From Eledone cirrhosa (taxonomy: Eukaryota), in NCBI GenBank assembly GCA_964016885.1, contig OZ024743.1:17050001-17114000 (forward strand): DNA of 64,000 nt, given 5' to 3'. The translations under genes and the position numbers were made by a program. A model generated the notes under the pieces. That model did no database searches, had not been told where the DNA came from, and saw nothing but the letters and a program-made list of their open reading frames with translations. Of the stretch, positions 11,445-25,352 are shown in pieces; the first letter of the stretch is position 1, and each line of letters starts with the position of its first letter.

Positions 11445-14150
11445 TTGGACGCACATGTGTGAAGAACGTACATGTATGCGGAGGAAAAGGTTTGTAACTT
11501 TAAGCTGTTTTAAAGTATCATTTTTTGTATTTTCTTATCGTTAACGAAGCATAAGGTACCACATTGGTTCTAAGGGAGAGAGACCTCTCAATATTCGGAA
11601 TGTAAGCCCTAATATTCAGAATTAAATTTAAAAACTTCGAAAAAATCGCTTCCCCACCCCAAAAAATAAAAATATGGAAATGTTTGACCTTGAAACGATC
11701 AACAACGTTCCGGTCAAAAGTTCAAAAACAGCCACTGTAAATCTCACCACAACTACTACTACTACAGACATGCCTGTCGACCATTCCACTGAATGTGAAT
11801 GCAAATCACAAAAGGTACCATCACAAATGCAGCCTTCTGTGATAGTAGCAGTATCATCTCAAAACGACACCACCACCACCACAACAACAACTCAGAACAA
11901 CAACGACAATGACACCGACAGCCTCAATGTAAACACGGATGGCGGTGGAAACAGCAACAACAAGCAAAACATTAACAACAATACCAACAACAACAGCAAG
12001 AACGACAACACCAACAACAAGATCGTCAGAGGCACCACCTTTTCAGCGGCAGCAGCACAAAAGAAAGCGCTTATTAGAAGTTGATATTAGCCATAAAGAC
12101 GAACAGTTGGCCCAGGCGTGGAGGTTAATTAAACGGGAGAAATATTGGGGAAACCTGACCATCCCGGACGGGGCATAGCGGCCATGCAAAGGAGTACGGT
12201 GTACTTTCCATGCATTTCAGTGCAGACACACACAGTGGAACTTACCAGCCTAGCAGAGCTCGAGGCTGCTTTGAAGTGCATCGGAAGTGACATAGAGTAT
12301 AAAGCAAGGGCCAAGCAGTTCGGTACCATCTCGGTACTATTCAAAACCGAGGACCTTGCTATTAAGCACTCGGTGACCGCCTGCAGAACGGAATGCATTA
12401 TCATGCACCCGTCCTACATGGGCCAAGGGACAGTAAAAGTCCACATTCCCAGGATCCCACCAGGAATGAACATATGGTGGCACCTCGGATGCGTATTCGA
12501 GGCAGGAACAGACAGTACCCTCCTGGATATCAAAAGGACAGAGAGAGAAGACTGGTCCGGAATGGATTTGGAGATTTCTCTCCACATGAAACCAGAGGAC
12601 ATCCACAACATACCGGATTTTACCCGCCTGCAGGATGGGACAACAATCCAATTAATCGCTGATGGAGGAGGGCCCAACTGCTTCGTCTGCGGGGAAGCAA
12701 CGCATCTGGAAGCCTTGGCCCTCATCTCAAAGATGCAGGGAGTCGCAAAACTCCGTTGTTGCCAACACCAGTGTCAGCATGTAAAGCTGCACCAACACCA
12801 CCACCAAATACAACACCAACAATCATACGGTTAACCCCACCAATATCAAAAACAGTCGGACCACCACCAGCATCGAAACTAATCCAAGGGAAAAACGAGG
12901 AAAGCTATCCCACCCACCCTACCCCTCCAATTATACACATACACAAAACAATATATGCACACACAGACACAGATACACTCACAGCCACAGACCCTTTGTC
13001 TTCCAGCAGTGAAGATGAAGGAAAACCGAAACGTGCCAAAAAACTAAAGAGAAAACTCACCAACAAAACCCCAAGAAAACACAAGAACATACACAGAAAA
13101 CATACAGACACCATAAACGCAAACACTTCCCTAATAACATCAACACCACCCTCACACTCCCCGAAACGCAAACAACCTAAACAAACGCATAAGAAATAAA
13201 CACACAAATACCTGAAATTGCAGACACCGCACCTACAACAAACACAAACAACCGAAACAACACCACCAAAACCCTCACCGCCACAGTCACCAAAACGAAA
13301 ACAAATAAAACCACACCAACAAAACATCAAACACTTCGTGCTTTTCAGAAGCGTCAACAATAAATTGATGGCCCTCTTAGCACGAATCGAGGACATCCAA
13401 ACAGAGGGGGAAATCTTTGAACTGAACACATTTTGCGTGCAAGAAGATTTGCTTCTGGTGCGAATATCGCTCAATTCCTACAAAGAAATTCGAGTGAGCT
13501 TTCCTCAAGATGTGGGAACCCCGAACGTGAAACCCACATAAAGACTTTTAAAGGGGTTCCCAAAAGAAACTCCAACAACCATGGTGGTCGAACTCCCGAC
13601 CTTCATATGACCCCGGGAGCTAAGTAAACCTTCCCCCTCTCATTTTGCTTGGGATTGTGCGGGAGTAGCTGATAGAAGCCGGGGGTGCAAAAGCCTCAAA
13701 CACCTAATCAGCCATTTCCAACGGTCTGACAGATATCGACTAGATTTCCCCAATGCGCCAGTGTGGACGTGGACCAACCGCATAGGGTCATCTAGATCGT
13801 ATATAGACATGATCTTTATTAGGAAAATAGATAGAAATAGTGTAGCCTGCCAAACTTTTAAAACGGTCGCCTATTCAGATAACAAATTTGTGATCTGTTT
13901 AGTCCACCTAGATAAAACGCGTAGGTTGTGAACGGGTTAATGGAAGCTGAACATGTCATTTTTGGTACGTTAGGCTTATAGGGACCGAGTGAACAATTTA
14001 CTTAAGCAAAGGTTGACAGGAGGGATCAACAACAGATGGTGGGTGGCTCTCAAAAGAGAGATTAGAGTAACTTCGATAGAGTTCAGCAAATAACTAGTGT
14101 AAGAGGAAAATAGAGCGGAGGGGGAGCTGGTAGATAAGTTAGTGAGGCGG
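11445..14150 (+). mobile_element. Tx1/L1-clade LINE copy 2 (ORF1 plus deleted APE fragment)
   Basis: ORF1 from ATG 11674 with N/T tract, a central domain similar to copies 1 and 3, and a CFVC..H knuckle. The APE piece at 13650-14140 (WTWTNRIGSSRSYIDMI) is homologous to copies 1 and 3. Confidence 0.8.
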
Positions 14151-17100
14151 GCAACAACAACGTCAGCAACAGCAGCAACAACAACAACAACCACAGCAAC
14201 AACGGCAATGGCAGTAGTCGTAGTACCAGTAGAAACAACAAAAGTAACAGCAGCTCAGACGACAACAACAACAACAACAACAGCAAAGAAAAACCAATCT
14301 CGTTTGCAGGTATCGCAAAGAACCTGGAAACCATCCTCATAACAAATGAGTAGTTACAGGAAGCAAAGAAGATGGTGACGAAAACCGGACACCGAGCAAT
14401 CTGCAAGGCAGCCGAAAAATGTTTCGAAACCCAACAGCACTGTACGTTCACGTATCGTACAGTAAGCACGAAATCCCGTAGGGTTGAAAGAGCCACAGAG
14501 GCTCAAATACAAGAAGCCTTAGGGTCTGTGTGGCAGCGGAAAACGCATATCACCCGAGGCAAGAAATATGACACCGTAGACGTGCTTTTTGTCACACCCC
14601 AGGAGGCAAAGGCTCAATCCTTAGTGACCCTAAGGAGCTAGGAAATGGTGTTGGTGCCCTCCTACTGCGGGAAACATATTGTAAGGGTCAAACTGACACA
14701 CGTCCCCCCCAGGGATGGCCCCTTCTTGGCTGGCCGCGTCTGTCCTCGTCGGAATCGAGGACAAAACAACTGTACTGCAAGTACAGAAAAAAGTACGAGA
14801 AGATTGGGTCGGCACCTCCATTCAGATGTTAATCCAAACCAACCAGGAGAGCATCGAAGCTATCCTGGATGTGATAGACTTTGATAACTGCACTCAACTA
14901 CCCATAAATATTGAGGGCAAACGCCCGAAATGCTTTCGCTGTGGATCGAAGACCCATCTCAGGTCCTTCTGCAATGAGATGACCCCGAGAAAGGAGAAAA
15001 CCGCCCTCCTTCCGAAACCGGCTCCACTGCTACCAGCAACAGGACAAGCGGAAACCAAGAACGATAGGTCCGTGGCACCCATACCCACATCACGGATATT
15101 AAGAAAAGCAGCAGCAGTGGAAGTATTAACAACAACAACAGTAATACCAACGGCAGCTGCAACAGAGACTCCACTGCAAACATCACGAACAACAAGTGAA
15201 AGAGTGGAGCTGGTACCCCTCTCCGACCTCACATAATCAGACATGGAGTGTGAGATGGGAGAGGGATGGCAAAAGGTCGCAAGAAGGCACAAACGCAGAA
15301 GAGGCGCATCGTCGCCTTCGAAAAGGGAGGAAAGAAATGAAAAAAGGGTAAAGGCTACAGCGAAGAGACTCACAGCAGCAACAGCACCAACACTATCACC
15401 ACCCACACTAGCACCACCATCAACACCGGCGACAACCCTACCGGCGACAACCCCACCGCCAACAACAACAGCACCTTCAACACCGCCACCACAAGCACCA
15501 ACATTGCAAACACAATAAACACACACACCCAGCAACAACGACAAGAAAATAGCAGAACCACACCCCACCCCCAGAAAAAAACAAATGCACGGCAATAAAT
15601 ACACACAACAAGAAACTAATGACTTACATAATTGAACACACAGACATTTCACAGCACAACTCCATAATACCAGCACCAATCAAAACATCAACGAACATAA
15701 GACTGGTAAGAATAGCACAGAAACAATACAGAAACATTAAAACGAAATTCCCCAACGCAGTTGGTGATTTCAGAGACCTAGGAGGGACTCTCAACCGGAG
15801 AGTATATTCGGACATACTCATAGAAGAGCTGACGAGCAGCCGAAGGGACGATTCAACGGCCCCTTCACAAGACGATCAAGTGAAAAGGGATGAAGAAACC
15901 ATCCTTCCTCTACGAAAAGTAATGTAAGTGGTCTTTCCCATCTGTCCCACTCCATTTCAACGTGACCTCACTCAGAATAGGCAGCATAAATGCGCGTGGC
16001 TTGGGGTCGTCTATGGAAGCAGGGCTACCTGCTCAACGACCTCAGGATCTATAGATGGCCATCAGCGAGACCAGAATCTCCGAAGCACGGGACTTCGCAT
16101 CGATTTTCGGCGGCTACGATGTGAACACATCTACCAGCCGTCCTGGATCGGGGGGTGGAGTTGCTGTACTTTTTCGTAGAGGTTTTGATCTCGCCCTACG
16201 GGCCATCTTCCTGGACCCAGAAGGTAAGTTGGTGGTGCTGGACGTGACCAGCGGAGACGGGAAAGCTTTCAGGCTAGTGGCCGTCTATGCCCCAACAGGG
16301 CCAGGGCGACCTGATTTCTTCCGGCGTCTGGAGACCTTTCTTGAAACGTCCCGCTCTTTAGTGTTAGTGGGCGACTGGAACGGGATCCTTGATGCACGCT
16401 GGGACTGTGTGGGATTAGCGGATAGGGGAGAAGGTTGCAAGAGCCTCACCAACCTGCTCAGGCGCTTTGATCTGTCTGACAGGTACCGATTGATTTTCCG
16501 AATGTGCCAATGTGGACTTGGACAAATCGCATAAGGTCATCCATATCATATCTAGATAGAATATTTTGTAGGGAAATAGATATGTCTAGCATATGCTGCC
16601 CACAATTCAAGATAGTCAGCTACACGGACCACAAATTCGTGATCTGTGTGTTTGAATTAGATAGGCTTCATAGACGAGGACCCGGCTACTGGAAGCTAAA
16701 CGCGTCCTTACCAGCGCGCAAGGTCTACAGAGACCGGATTAGCGAACTAGTTAAGCGGACGTTGACGGGAGCCATCGTCAAAAACAAGTGGTTGTTTGCT
16801 CTGAAATGAGCGATCAGAATAGAGACCATTAGGTTTAGTAAGGATTTAGCAATAGAGAAAAATAGAGCAGAGGGAGATTTAGTTAAAAAATTAGACGAGG
16901 CGCTTAGCAAAGGCATCGCGACCGACGTGCTTGCGGCGAAATTGGCCCTTGACCAATTCTCGAATGCAAAGCACGAAGGCTGCGTTGTCAGAGCTAGGGT
17001 GCGTGCTCTGAGACACGAGGGACGAAAGCCGTTCAATGGTCCCGAGTGGCGGAGGCGCGTCGTGGTAACAAAGCCACGATCTGGTCTTTGGTGGACCACG

Positions 17101-19534
17101 ACGGGCGCATGCTACTCGATCCCGGGCAAATGTGTGAAGCTTTGCTTCGACACTTCGCTCAGCTGTTCGGGGCAGCGGTGGGCCGGGTCGAGGGATGGAC
17201 TTTAGTGTTTACCTCGACGGACTGCCGTGGCTCTCGGCCACTGCGGCGGAGTGTTGCGAAAAGCCGATAACAGCCGCTGAAGTACGGGAGGCAATGACTA
17301 GCTGCAGAAGGGGTAAATCGCCTGGTTTGGATGGTCTGCCCTATGAACGTTACGTACAGATGCCAGACTTGTTCGGAGGCCTCTTGGCGGACGTCTACTG
17401 CAACTGGCAACAGAACGGGAGTATCCCCAGCTCTGTGAGCAGAAGAGCGGTGGCACTGCTGAGAAAGGATCCGAACAAAGGGGATAACATAGATAATTTC
17501 AGGCCCATAAGTCTGCTAAACACAGAGTTCAAGATTTGGGCCAAGGTGCTAGCAAAGTGGTTGGCGCTTGTCGATGGTGGTCTGGTGGGATAAGCTCAGA
17601 CATGCGCCATTCTCGACATATCCATCCACGACAATCTCCACCTCATGCGATACATCGTAGAGTAGGTAGCTACGGGACCTGGTATGGGTGGACCCTTGAT
17701 CAATTTAAATCAGTCGAAAGCTTTCGATAGGGTCGACCATCGTTACCTAGCGGCAGTCCTGAAGGCGGCTGGCTCTGGGCCCGTCTTCAGAGGCTGGATC
17801 GCTGCCATGCACAGCGACATCTGCTCTGTGGTGAGAGTGAACGGTCACCTTTCAGAACCGTTCAACATCATGCGCTCGGTCCGCCAAATATGTCCCCTCT
17901 CGTCCCTCTTGTACGTATTGACTCTCGAGCCATTACTGCACAAACTGGAGACATTGAGGGTGGTTCCGCACGAACTAGGATGCGGAAGATCCGTGTCAGC
18001 ATATGCGGACGATGTCACCGTAGTGGTGTGTAAACGCCAGTGGGCCTGCAGCTCGGCACCTGGAGAGGCAGGTCCATGCTGTCCAACAGCGTCGTCGGGC
18101 GCTGGACGGACGGACCGGTTAAATTGCTAGGGGTCTGGTTCGGTCCGGACCTCCAGACGGACAAGAACTGGGACGAGGTGACGAGCAGGTTGGCTTCTCT
18201 CACCCAGAAATGTGCGGAGAGGTGCTATCCCTGAAAGGTCAAGCGGAGATGGCTAACGCGTACATCGCGTCCGTCATATATTGCCGCCTGACCATCGTAC
18301 CTTTCCTAAGCCCAGTCTGACTACGCTGGAGCGTTTGCTCTTTCGCTTTTTGTGGAAGGGACGCGCTCCGATGGTCAGGCGGTCCATCTGCTGTCAACAC
18401 CCGCTACGTATAGGGCTGGGCATGCCGTGGCTGATGATGCGCAGACACGCTCTCAGGCTACGACATCTCCACCTCTTCCTCGACGGTGATCAGGTGTGGT
18501 CGCCATTTGCTAGACACGTTTTTCCCCAGCTCGTCTCCTTGACGGAGCTGCAGTCCTGGGTCAAGCGAAGACCGAGAGGGAGCGCTTGGAGACTGGAATG
18601 TCTTCAGGCGCTCACAGCCCTCGACCAATCGGGCAACGTGATCGGTGGAAACACCACCCTGGCGTTCTATAGAGGATTAGTGGAGGGGAAGGGCGACGAC
18701 GTACTTGGAGAAACTCTAGGCGTGTACGAAAATCAACTAGCCAATCTCTTCGGAAGGACTTTCGGGCCGGGGCCTATGGACAACTTCCAGAAATCCCTGG
18801 CCTGGCAGTGCTACCGAGGAGCTTTGCCAGTTCGGGATAAATTCTACAGGCATGGAGGTGCCGTCAGCCGGGCATGTCCGAGATGCGCGCAGGGCGACGA
18901 AACCGTCCTGCACGCACTCGTCCAGTGTCCGAGCATTGCTGACTTGTGGGTTTATGTCGAACACCTGCTGTCACGTGTAGGACCTATCCAGCTATCAGCT
19001 GAGTCCATCGTGAGGATTGCCCCGCCCCCTTCCTTTAGCCTGGAAGGGCAGGCAGTTTTTATCTGTCTGGTGGCCATGGCGAAAGAGATAGTATGGTGGA
19101 CACGTTTGAAAGGGCTGAAGACGAGCACTTACCTCTTCGGTGATGCCCTGATTAACTTTTTCAAATTTCATTTGAAAAGGAAAATCAGGGTAGAGAGGGA
19201 AGTGCTCTCTTCCCAGCATTTTGTTGAAAGATGGGTGAGAGAAGCAAGTATGGCCCGAATGAATGGGCCTTCTCTGAGTATGTGTCTGTAAATTAAAGGT
19301 GGAAAACTGGGAGAGGGCACTTGCCCTGGTGGTCAGGGCCACTGTGGTCTTTTAATGGGCTTTCTCCACAAATGTCCCTTGGAAGTCTCCCCCCTATTGG
19401 GGAATTTTTCTTTGTTATTTTATTTCAACCTCTGTTTTTTTACACGCAGAAATGCCCATTTGTACCGTCCTGTATTGTCCTGTACTGTCCTTAATGTCTA
19501 CTTTATGTGAACCCTTGTGGTTAATAAAGAAAAC

Positions 19535-19535
<1 letters not shown>
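14150..19535 (+). mobile_element. Tx1/L1-clade LINE copy 3, nearly complete, degraded
   Basis: ORF1 with CCHC knuckle CFRCGSKTHLRSFC. ORF2 with APE, RT (NFRPISLLN, KAFDRVDH, RQICPLS, AYADDV) and zf-RVT-type CPRC…ETVLHALVQC. Stop 19291, AATAAA ~19523. Confidence 0.92.
15975..19291 (+). pseudogene. ORF2 (APE-RT-zinc finger) of Tx1 copy 3
   Basis: Collinear ORF pieces 16055-16534, 16504-16809, 17195-17593, 17684-18130 and 18281-19291. Confidence 0.9.
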
Positions 19536-19591
<56 letters not shown>

Positions 19592-19592
19592 T
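19536..19592. repeat. (TTA)n microsatellite / LINE tail
   Basis: Uninterrupted TTA run. Confidence 0.95.
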
Positions 19593-20300
19593 TGGTCCTC
19601 ATTTTCGTCAAAATGTTGGTTGTTTGTGTTGTTTTAAAGTGGAATTTGTTGAATATTTTTTAGCGAACGTTATATAAGGTTCTATTCATTGGCCAGGTAA
19701 AGGTGACCCCATAATATTTGATCCCAAAGGCACAACTATTTTAACAATATTAACATGTTTATCTTATAAAATAAACCTGGTGGAGCCCCGCGCCCCACCA
19801 AACTGTGAATCGGCTCTCGTTTGACAGCGGATTAAACGTCGGGAATACATTTACCGTTCCCCACCAGCACCATCGTTAATGATAATGAAGTTACTAACAA
19901 CAGAACATACAATAATACAAATAACAATACTTACAACGATATTAGCAACGCCACCACCAAGAACATCGTGAACAAAGACGACGCTAAAAACAACAGTAAC
20001 AAGCAAACAAGTGATAACAACAACAACACCAAATGCACCAAGAACAACACCCCCAACACCAACTGCAACAACGACAACCACAACACGATCGATAACACAT
20101 CCATCAAGAATAACATCAATAATAACATCATCAACAACAGCAACGACTACAGTGTGACCAGCAACAGTGTATTGCAAAAACAAAGTAACAAATGTTTCGT
20201 TAATGCAGCAGCCAAAAACGGCCTTGTTTTAGCATGGAGCTGACATAAAACGAGAAAACGTCGATCCTGGCCTGGAAACTCATTAAACAAGTGCAAATAT
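19593..20300 (+). mobile_element. 5' fragment of a fourth Tx1-like LINE (5' UTR + N-rich ORF1 start)
   Basis: AAC-rich tract ending in NAAAKNG…ctggaaactcattaaa, which parallels copy 2 at 12040-12150. Starts right after (TTA)n. Confidence 0.65.
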
Positions 20301-23172
20301 GTCCCAATTTTACTGATGATGTCAACTTAGAATATCTTGGCAGCAATTAAAATATATTTTAAACTTATCCAAATGTATCTATGTAGTCCTTCAAAACGGG
20401 ACCTTGCATTGATTACATTGGAGCATAAGCCTTACAAGGCAAGTGTGGATATTCACTGTCTGGAAAAGGTTTTCAACTTATGGTTTATAATTGCTGGCAA
20501 TACGACTAATAATTACAGTTTACAGAGTTTACTAATATTAGCATTGCACAGTTATGTTGTCATTTAGCAAACTATTATTGATGTGCAGTTGTGTGAATTC
20601 CATATATCATTCTTTATTATGTAGGGATATTTAAAAATCGTAGTATCTTTGGGGAAAGGCGAAAATATCCTATTGAATAGTATTGTTGAATTCGTTATGA
20701 TTTAAAAGATAAAATACGAACGTTTTTCACTATGTCCATATGTTCATAATTCATTTGTATCTTTAATATTAAGATTTACCATACCGATTGCATTTAACAA
20801 AGGAGCGTAATGATGAACATCGTGTCAAACAAACTATCATATTAAAGATAATTACCATCACGAATGAAAAATAATAATTGGTTATGTTTACCAATTTTCA
20901 TATATTCAATGACAAGAACTGATATGTTGACATCGCGATCGGGTTAAAACATGCTGCCCTAATGAGGTTACCAGGGTCAGCTAGAATGAAAAGGGTTAAG
21001 CATTAAAGGGAATATGCTTTTGCTTTGTAATCAGAAAATGAAATATTTCATTTTCAAACACGTAATTTATTCCCAGAATGTGTTGCCTGAGGTAACCAGG
21101 TCTCGGCTAAAGTCAGCCAAGTGCCACTTGGAGCTTTTAATTCAAAGAATATTCAAAGTATTCCCCTATAATTATTAATCTAATCGTTACAATCTCTTCA
21201 GGACCACCAACGATATGTTGCTGGTCCGAATCTATGGTAAATATATTGAGTGTGAGGGAACACTGGAGCAGTTCATCCTGTAAGGAAATGTTTAATTAGA
21301 CAGAATTACTGTCGCCTAGCTTTTCAGTGAAACACGCTCGGCTATGAAATATACATTGTTGATCATTAAAAACAATAATTGAATTTCGTTAGGAATGAAA
21401 TTCCTTGTAACATTTATTTACAAGCCACTTTATAATTCAATCGCACGTTTTACTCTAAACTAATTAAATTAAATCAAGACGGGGTTATTTTATTTGAAGG
21501 AAATTCCTATTCTGTACCCGTATTGTTCCATTGAAAGCATGCAGTGAAATATTTATTAGAATAAATGTTTATACGTTTGTACGTCTTCCTAACGCAACGG
21601 CTCAAAGTTTGTTGAAATATATGTCTCAGAGTTTTCACATTATTTCTAGGATGAGTGTAATGATGTATGGTAGGCAAACATTTCTACTTCGAAGAGAACT
21701 TTGATCCTGACAATATAGCGATGATTCTTAAGTGGACGTTAAAATAGTAAGATATATTTTGGAGAATATTTGGCTGATATCTAAAGCAGGCACAGCAACC
21801 AAATAACGGCTCTATGGCTGGTATCGTAAGTGTTGTTGTTGATGAGCATCAAGTATATCCCAATAAAACACATATACAAACAAAGATGTTCCTGGTATGA
21901 CGTATTATTTTGGGATGAAATATACCTTACGCAGGACTATCACATGTACCCATGTAATTACGAATATGGTTTTATTAAATGAAGAACTGAAGGCTAATGA
22001 TATGAGTTGAAGAGCTCGTTTACTACTAAAAATGTTGTCATTATTGCAAATCATGATAAAGCAAAACAATTTTCAAACCATTTCAGCCTTGAATATTGCT
22101 TTTTTGTAAGCGTAACTCTAACAATCTAAATAAAACGTTTGTTTTGGAACACAGTAAGGATTTGGATTATGGAGATTCGTGTGTTATTTCCAGCAGGATA
22201 AGTTTTCGAGGTGAAGTCCCTTCGTAAATACATGCTATTTTGTTTTAATTCAGGGTCTGGTCGATGCTGACTCATTCAAGTCGTGATGAGCGCAATGTAT
22301 TTACATGGAAGTAAAGACCACATTATACTGGGGATAAATTTCAGACTAAAAGCGTTCAACTTGAGAGAATCATAATAAGAAAATTTCGCGCAACCACTGT
22401 ACTTGAGAGCTAGTCGTATTTGAGGGCGCGACGTCATTTCCTTGATCGATAACCTTTATACTTTATGGTGGGACGAATTGTAAAGTGTAAAATGTTCAAT
22501 GGCGCCGAATTGAGAGAGTCGTTAGGACGTGGAATAGAATGGTTAGTTATATAACTATAGTTTGCTAACACAGGGTTGGTAGAAAGTTACACCAGGAAGT
22601 AAAGTCTTATTGGGACTATAGTAATACAGTATTGCCAAACACATATAGGGGCGGGCAACCAGAAATAAACCGAATTCCAACTGCTTACCAATTTGTCTGA
22701 ACAGGGATAGGCGAACACCTACTGTCATCACTTCCATGCCTCTCGCCTTCCCCATCTCTCTTTATTAAAAGCAAATGGGGTCCTACGTGCTGGCCACCCT
22801 GCAGGGCCGGTGGACTGAATGGAGAATGCGTTTCCATGGAGGATGGTAAGAGAGATTCGCTGGAAGAGCCATTCATCTTCTGATACTCACACCTGCTGCT
22901 GGCCAGCTCAGACATTTATCATGGTAATTAGGGAGGTAAATCTAGAACCAAGGGCGTCAGAAGTCTCCACTGGCAAGGGCACGACTACAAACATGTCGGA
23001 AAGCGATAAGTACATGGGTAGTACATGGTTAAGTATTACATAACTTGGGTCAGTCAAGATTGCACCGAGTTGAGGCCTAAGACGAAGAGTTTGTCACCGC
23101 GGAACGTGAAGATGGTCACACCATCTGGCCGTTTGCGACAAACTCCAAAACCTTTGCGATACTATCCAAACT

Positions 23173-23704
23173 ATGTTCACTAATACCAACCCAGGAAAAA
23201 CCAACGAAGAACCATGTGAGATTGATTCATACAAAATGAAAATTCGAACAATTCCAAAATGGAACAAATCCCTCAGAGACAGAAAGTTCTCATTCTGGAA
23301 GATGATACAAAATCTCAACAAAGCGGAGATATATGAAAAATGGCTTAACTCAACCCCTCTAACTCTCCCCCGTAAACTACAAATAAAGTCCATTCCAAAT
23401 GAACGCGAACCTCAAAGACACCTTAGGGAAAGAATGGCATTGGAAAAAATGAAGAGAGAAATTGAACTTCTTAAACTGAGGGCCCAGACAAATGAGGAAA
23501 AAATCAAAACCCGATGAAGAGATCCTCCTGGAAATCAACAATAAAACTGAAGGCCCCAAGGTTGAGAAGTTCTCCCAATTATGGAAAGGGGACTGCAACA
23601 GAGAAGAACTGAAATCCCTTCAACGCTGGGAAAAAGTGCCGCTTGGTTCCTACACTATGAATCGACTTTTCAAACGGATTACACCTCCAATAACCCGTTC
23701 ATAA
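23173..23704 (+). pseudogene. Frameshifted helical/coiled-coil ORF of unknown family, probably TE-borne
   Basis: Overlapping ORFs 23173-23517 and 23492-23704 read as one natural, charged, Trp-containing protein. No recognisable catalytic motif. Confidence 0.45.
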
Positions 23705-23907
23705 AAATATGAAAACCCATAACTGAACCGCACAACAAAAAACTTAAACACTTAAAACCACAACTGAATACTAACCCATACAATTACTAATACTCTTTTA
23801 TTCCTAATTAAACTATTTTTCAACTGTGAACAATTTTTCAGCATTTTCTATTCCGTTTACCAATATATAATAACTTGTGTGTTACACCTCTATTCTTATA
23901 TATATAC

Positions 23908-23940
<33 letters not shown>

Positions 23941-23942
<2 letters not shown>

Positions 23943-25352
23943 AGTTTTGCGAGGTTTTTTTTATATGAAATCGTGTGTCAAAACAAATATTGTTATACTT
24001 GGGGAGGATCATATTTGTGTAATATTGCCAGAATTAATAACAGAACACACTCACTGTTTGGTTGGTGTTCGCTTTTCGCTTCTGTTACTTTTATATCGGT
24101 AATCTAATTTACTCGGTCCTCTATGTTGCCATTGACTGACCAACGGTCAAAAATAATACAGATACAATATAGACACAAACACATATATATTGTTTATCAA
24201 TGTTCTTTCGTTGCACATCTGCAACATCTTCAGTGGTGCTATTGTTTCCTCCCGTTACATTGTATGTCTACGCCATTTTTATTTAGTATGTCTATATATT
24301 TATTTATTTATTTGTTTGTTTGTTTATTTTATTTTGTCTTCTTTGCCCATGCGTTTGCGTGTGTTTATAGTGTTTTGTTCGATGAGTGTTCGTGATTGGG
24401 TGACTGTGTATCGGTTATTGTATTCTATCTTTACTAGTGTGTGTTTATATATGTTTGTTGTTATTGTGTTTGTGTATGTATTTATTTATTTATTTATCTA
24501 TTTATTTATTTATTTATACTTATCTTAGGTCAGTGTTGTTTGTTTGGGTGTTTTTGTTATTCCATTCATTATTTCTGTTTAGTCTTGTCCTTCTGAGTTC
24601 TATTTCACTGGACTCTCTGATTTGCCTATCTGCTGGGTCATTTCTATGTTTAGATATTATTCTAATTTCTATGTTGTCTATGTTACCGTCGTGCTTTTGT
24701 CTGGCATATTCGTATAGTACTGACCCGTTTTTTCATCCTTTAAGTTCCCCCCAGTGTTGGTCTATCCTTTCATCTATGCTACTAGCTGTCTCGCCTATGT
24801 ATGTTGTTGTCATATTTCTGCATGTACCCTCTGTACATCTTATGCTATAGACTACGTTTCTAGTTTTACAGTTTATCCGGGGGTTTACCTTACATATGAT
24901 ACATTTCCTATTAGTACAGTGGGTTATCTTAAAAGGGTAGGTTTTGCTGATCAGGGATTTTATGGTGGTTATTGGCTTTTCTACCACCTTAATCTTTAAG
25001 TGGGTCTTTTTCGGGGCCTTTCTACACTGGTTAGCTAATTTCCCTCCAGGGGTAGCGTCCACAAACATGACACTCTGGTATCTCTGGTTGTCGTACCTTG
25101 AGGTGGCTTTCCCTATCTTATGACTAGCCCTATTTAAGCTATTCCATGATTTTCTCCTGTATAATGGATAAATTCCTTTCATGTCCAGTTCTATGATGGT
25201 CTTATACTTCTCCATGTCTCCTTCGTATACTCTGACTCTGTCTCTTTGGTTGTAGCCAGAGAACTGCATGCGGTTGATGAAGTGTTGGATGTGTCTTTCC
25301 ATTTCTGTTGGGTCGCACATGCGGGACACATTCTTCATCACTCGTACCAAAT
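23941..25352 (-). mobile_element. Penelope-like element, inverted left arm (family 1)
   Basis: Reverse complement of 25462-26826; encodes the same GIY-YIG region (24733-25374) with a frameshift; flanked by (TA)n. Confidence 0.92.
24192..24241 (-). ncRNA. Minimal hammerhead-ribozyme-like motif in PLE 3' UTR (homologues at 26573-26622 + and ~45870-45922 +)
   Basis: Minus strand reads CTGAAGA-t-GTTGCA-gatg-TGCAAC-GAAA with a perfect stem II. Stems I and III are weak or degenerate. Confidence 0.55.

Noticed and set aside
865-19342. Antisense and alternate-frame ORFs over the LINEs (e.g. 865-1248, 12905-13474, 14894-15679)
   Set aside because: Shadow frames of retrotransposon coding or AAC-rich sequence.
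22495-22515. TGGCGCCGAA resembling an LTR primer-binding site
   Set aside because: No LTR pair or gag/pol motifs recognisable nearby.
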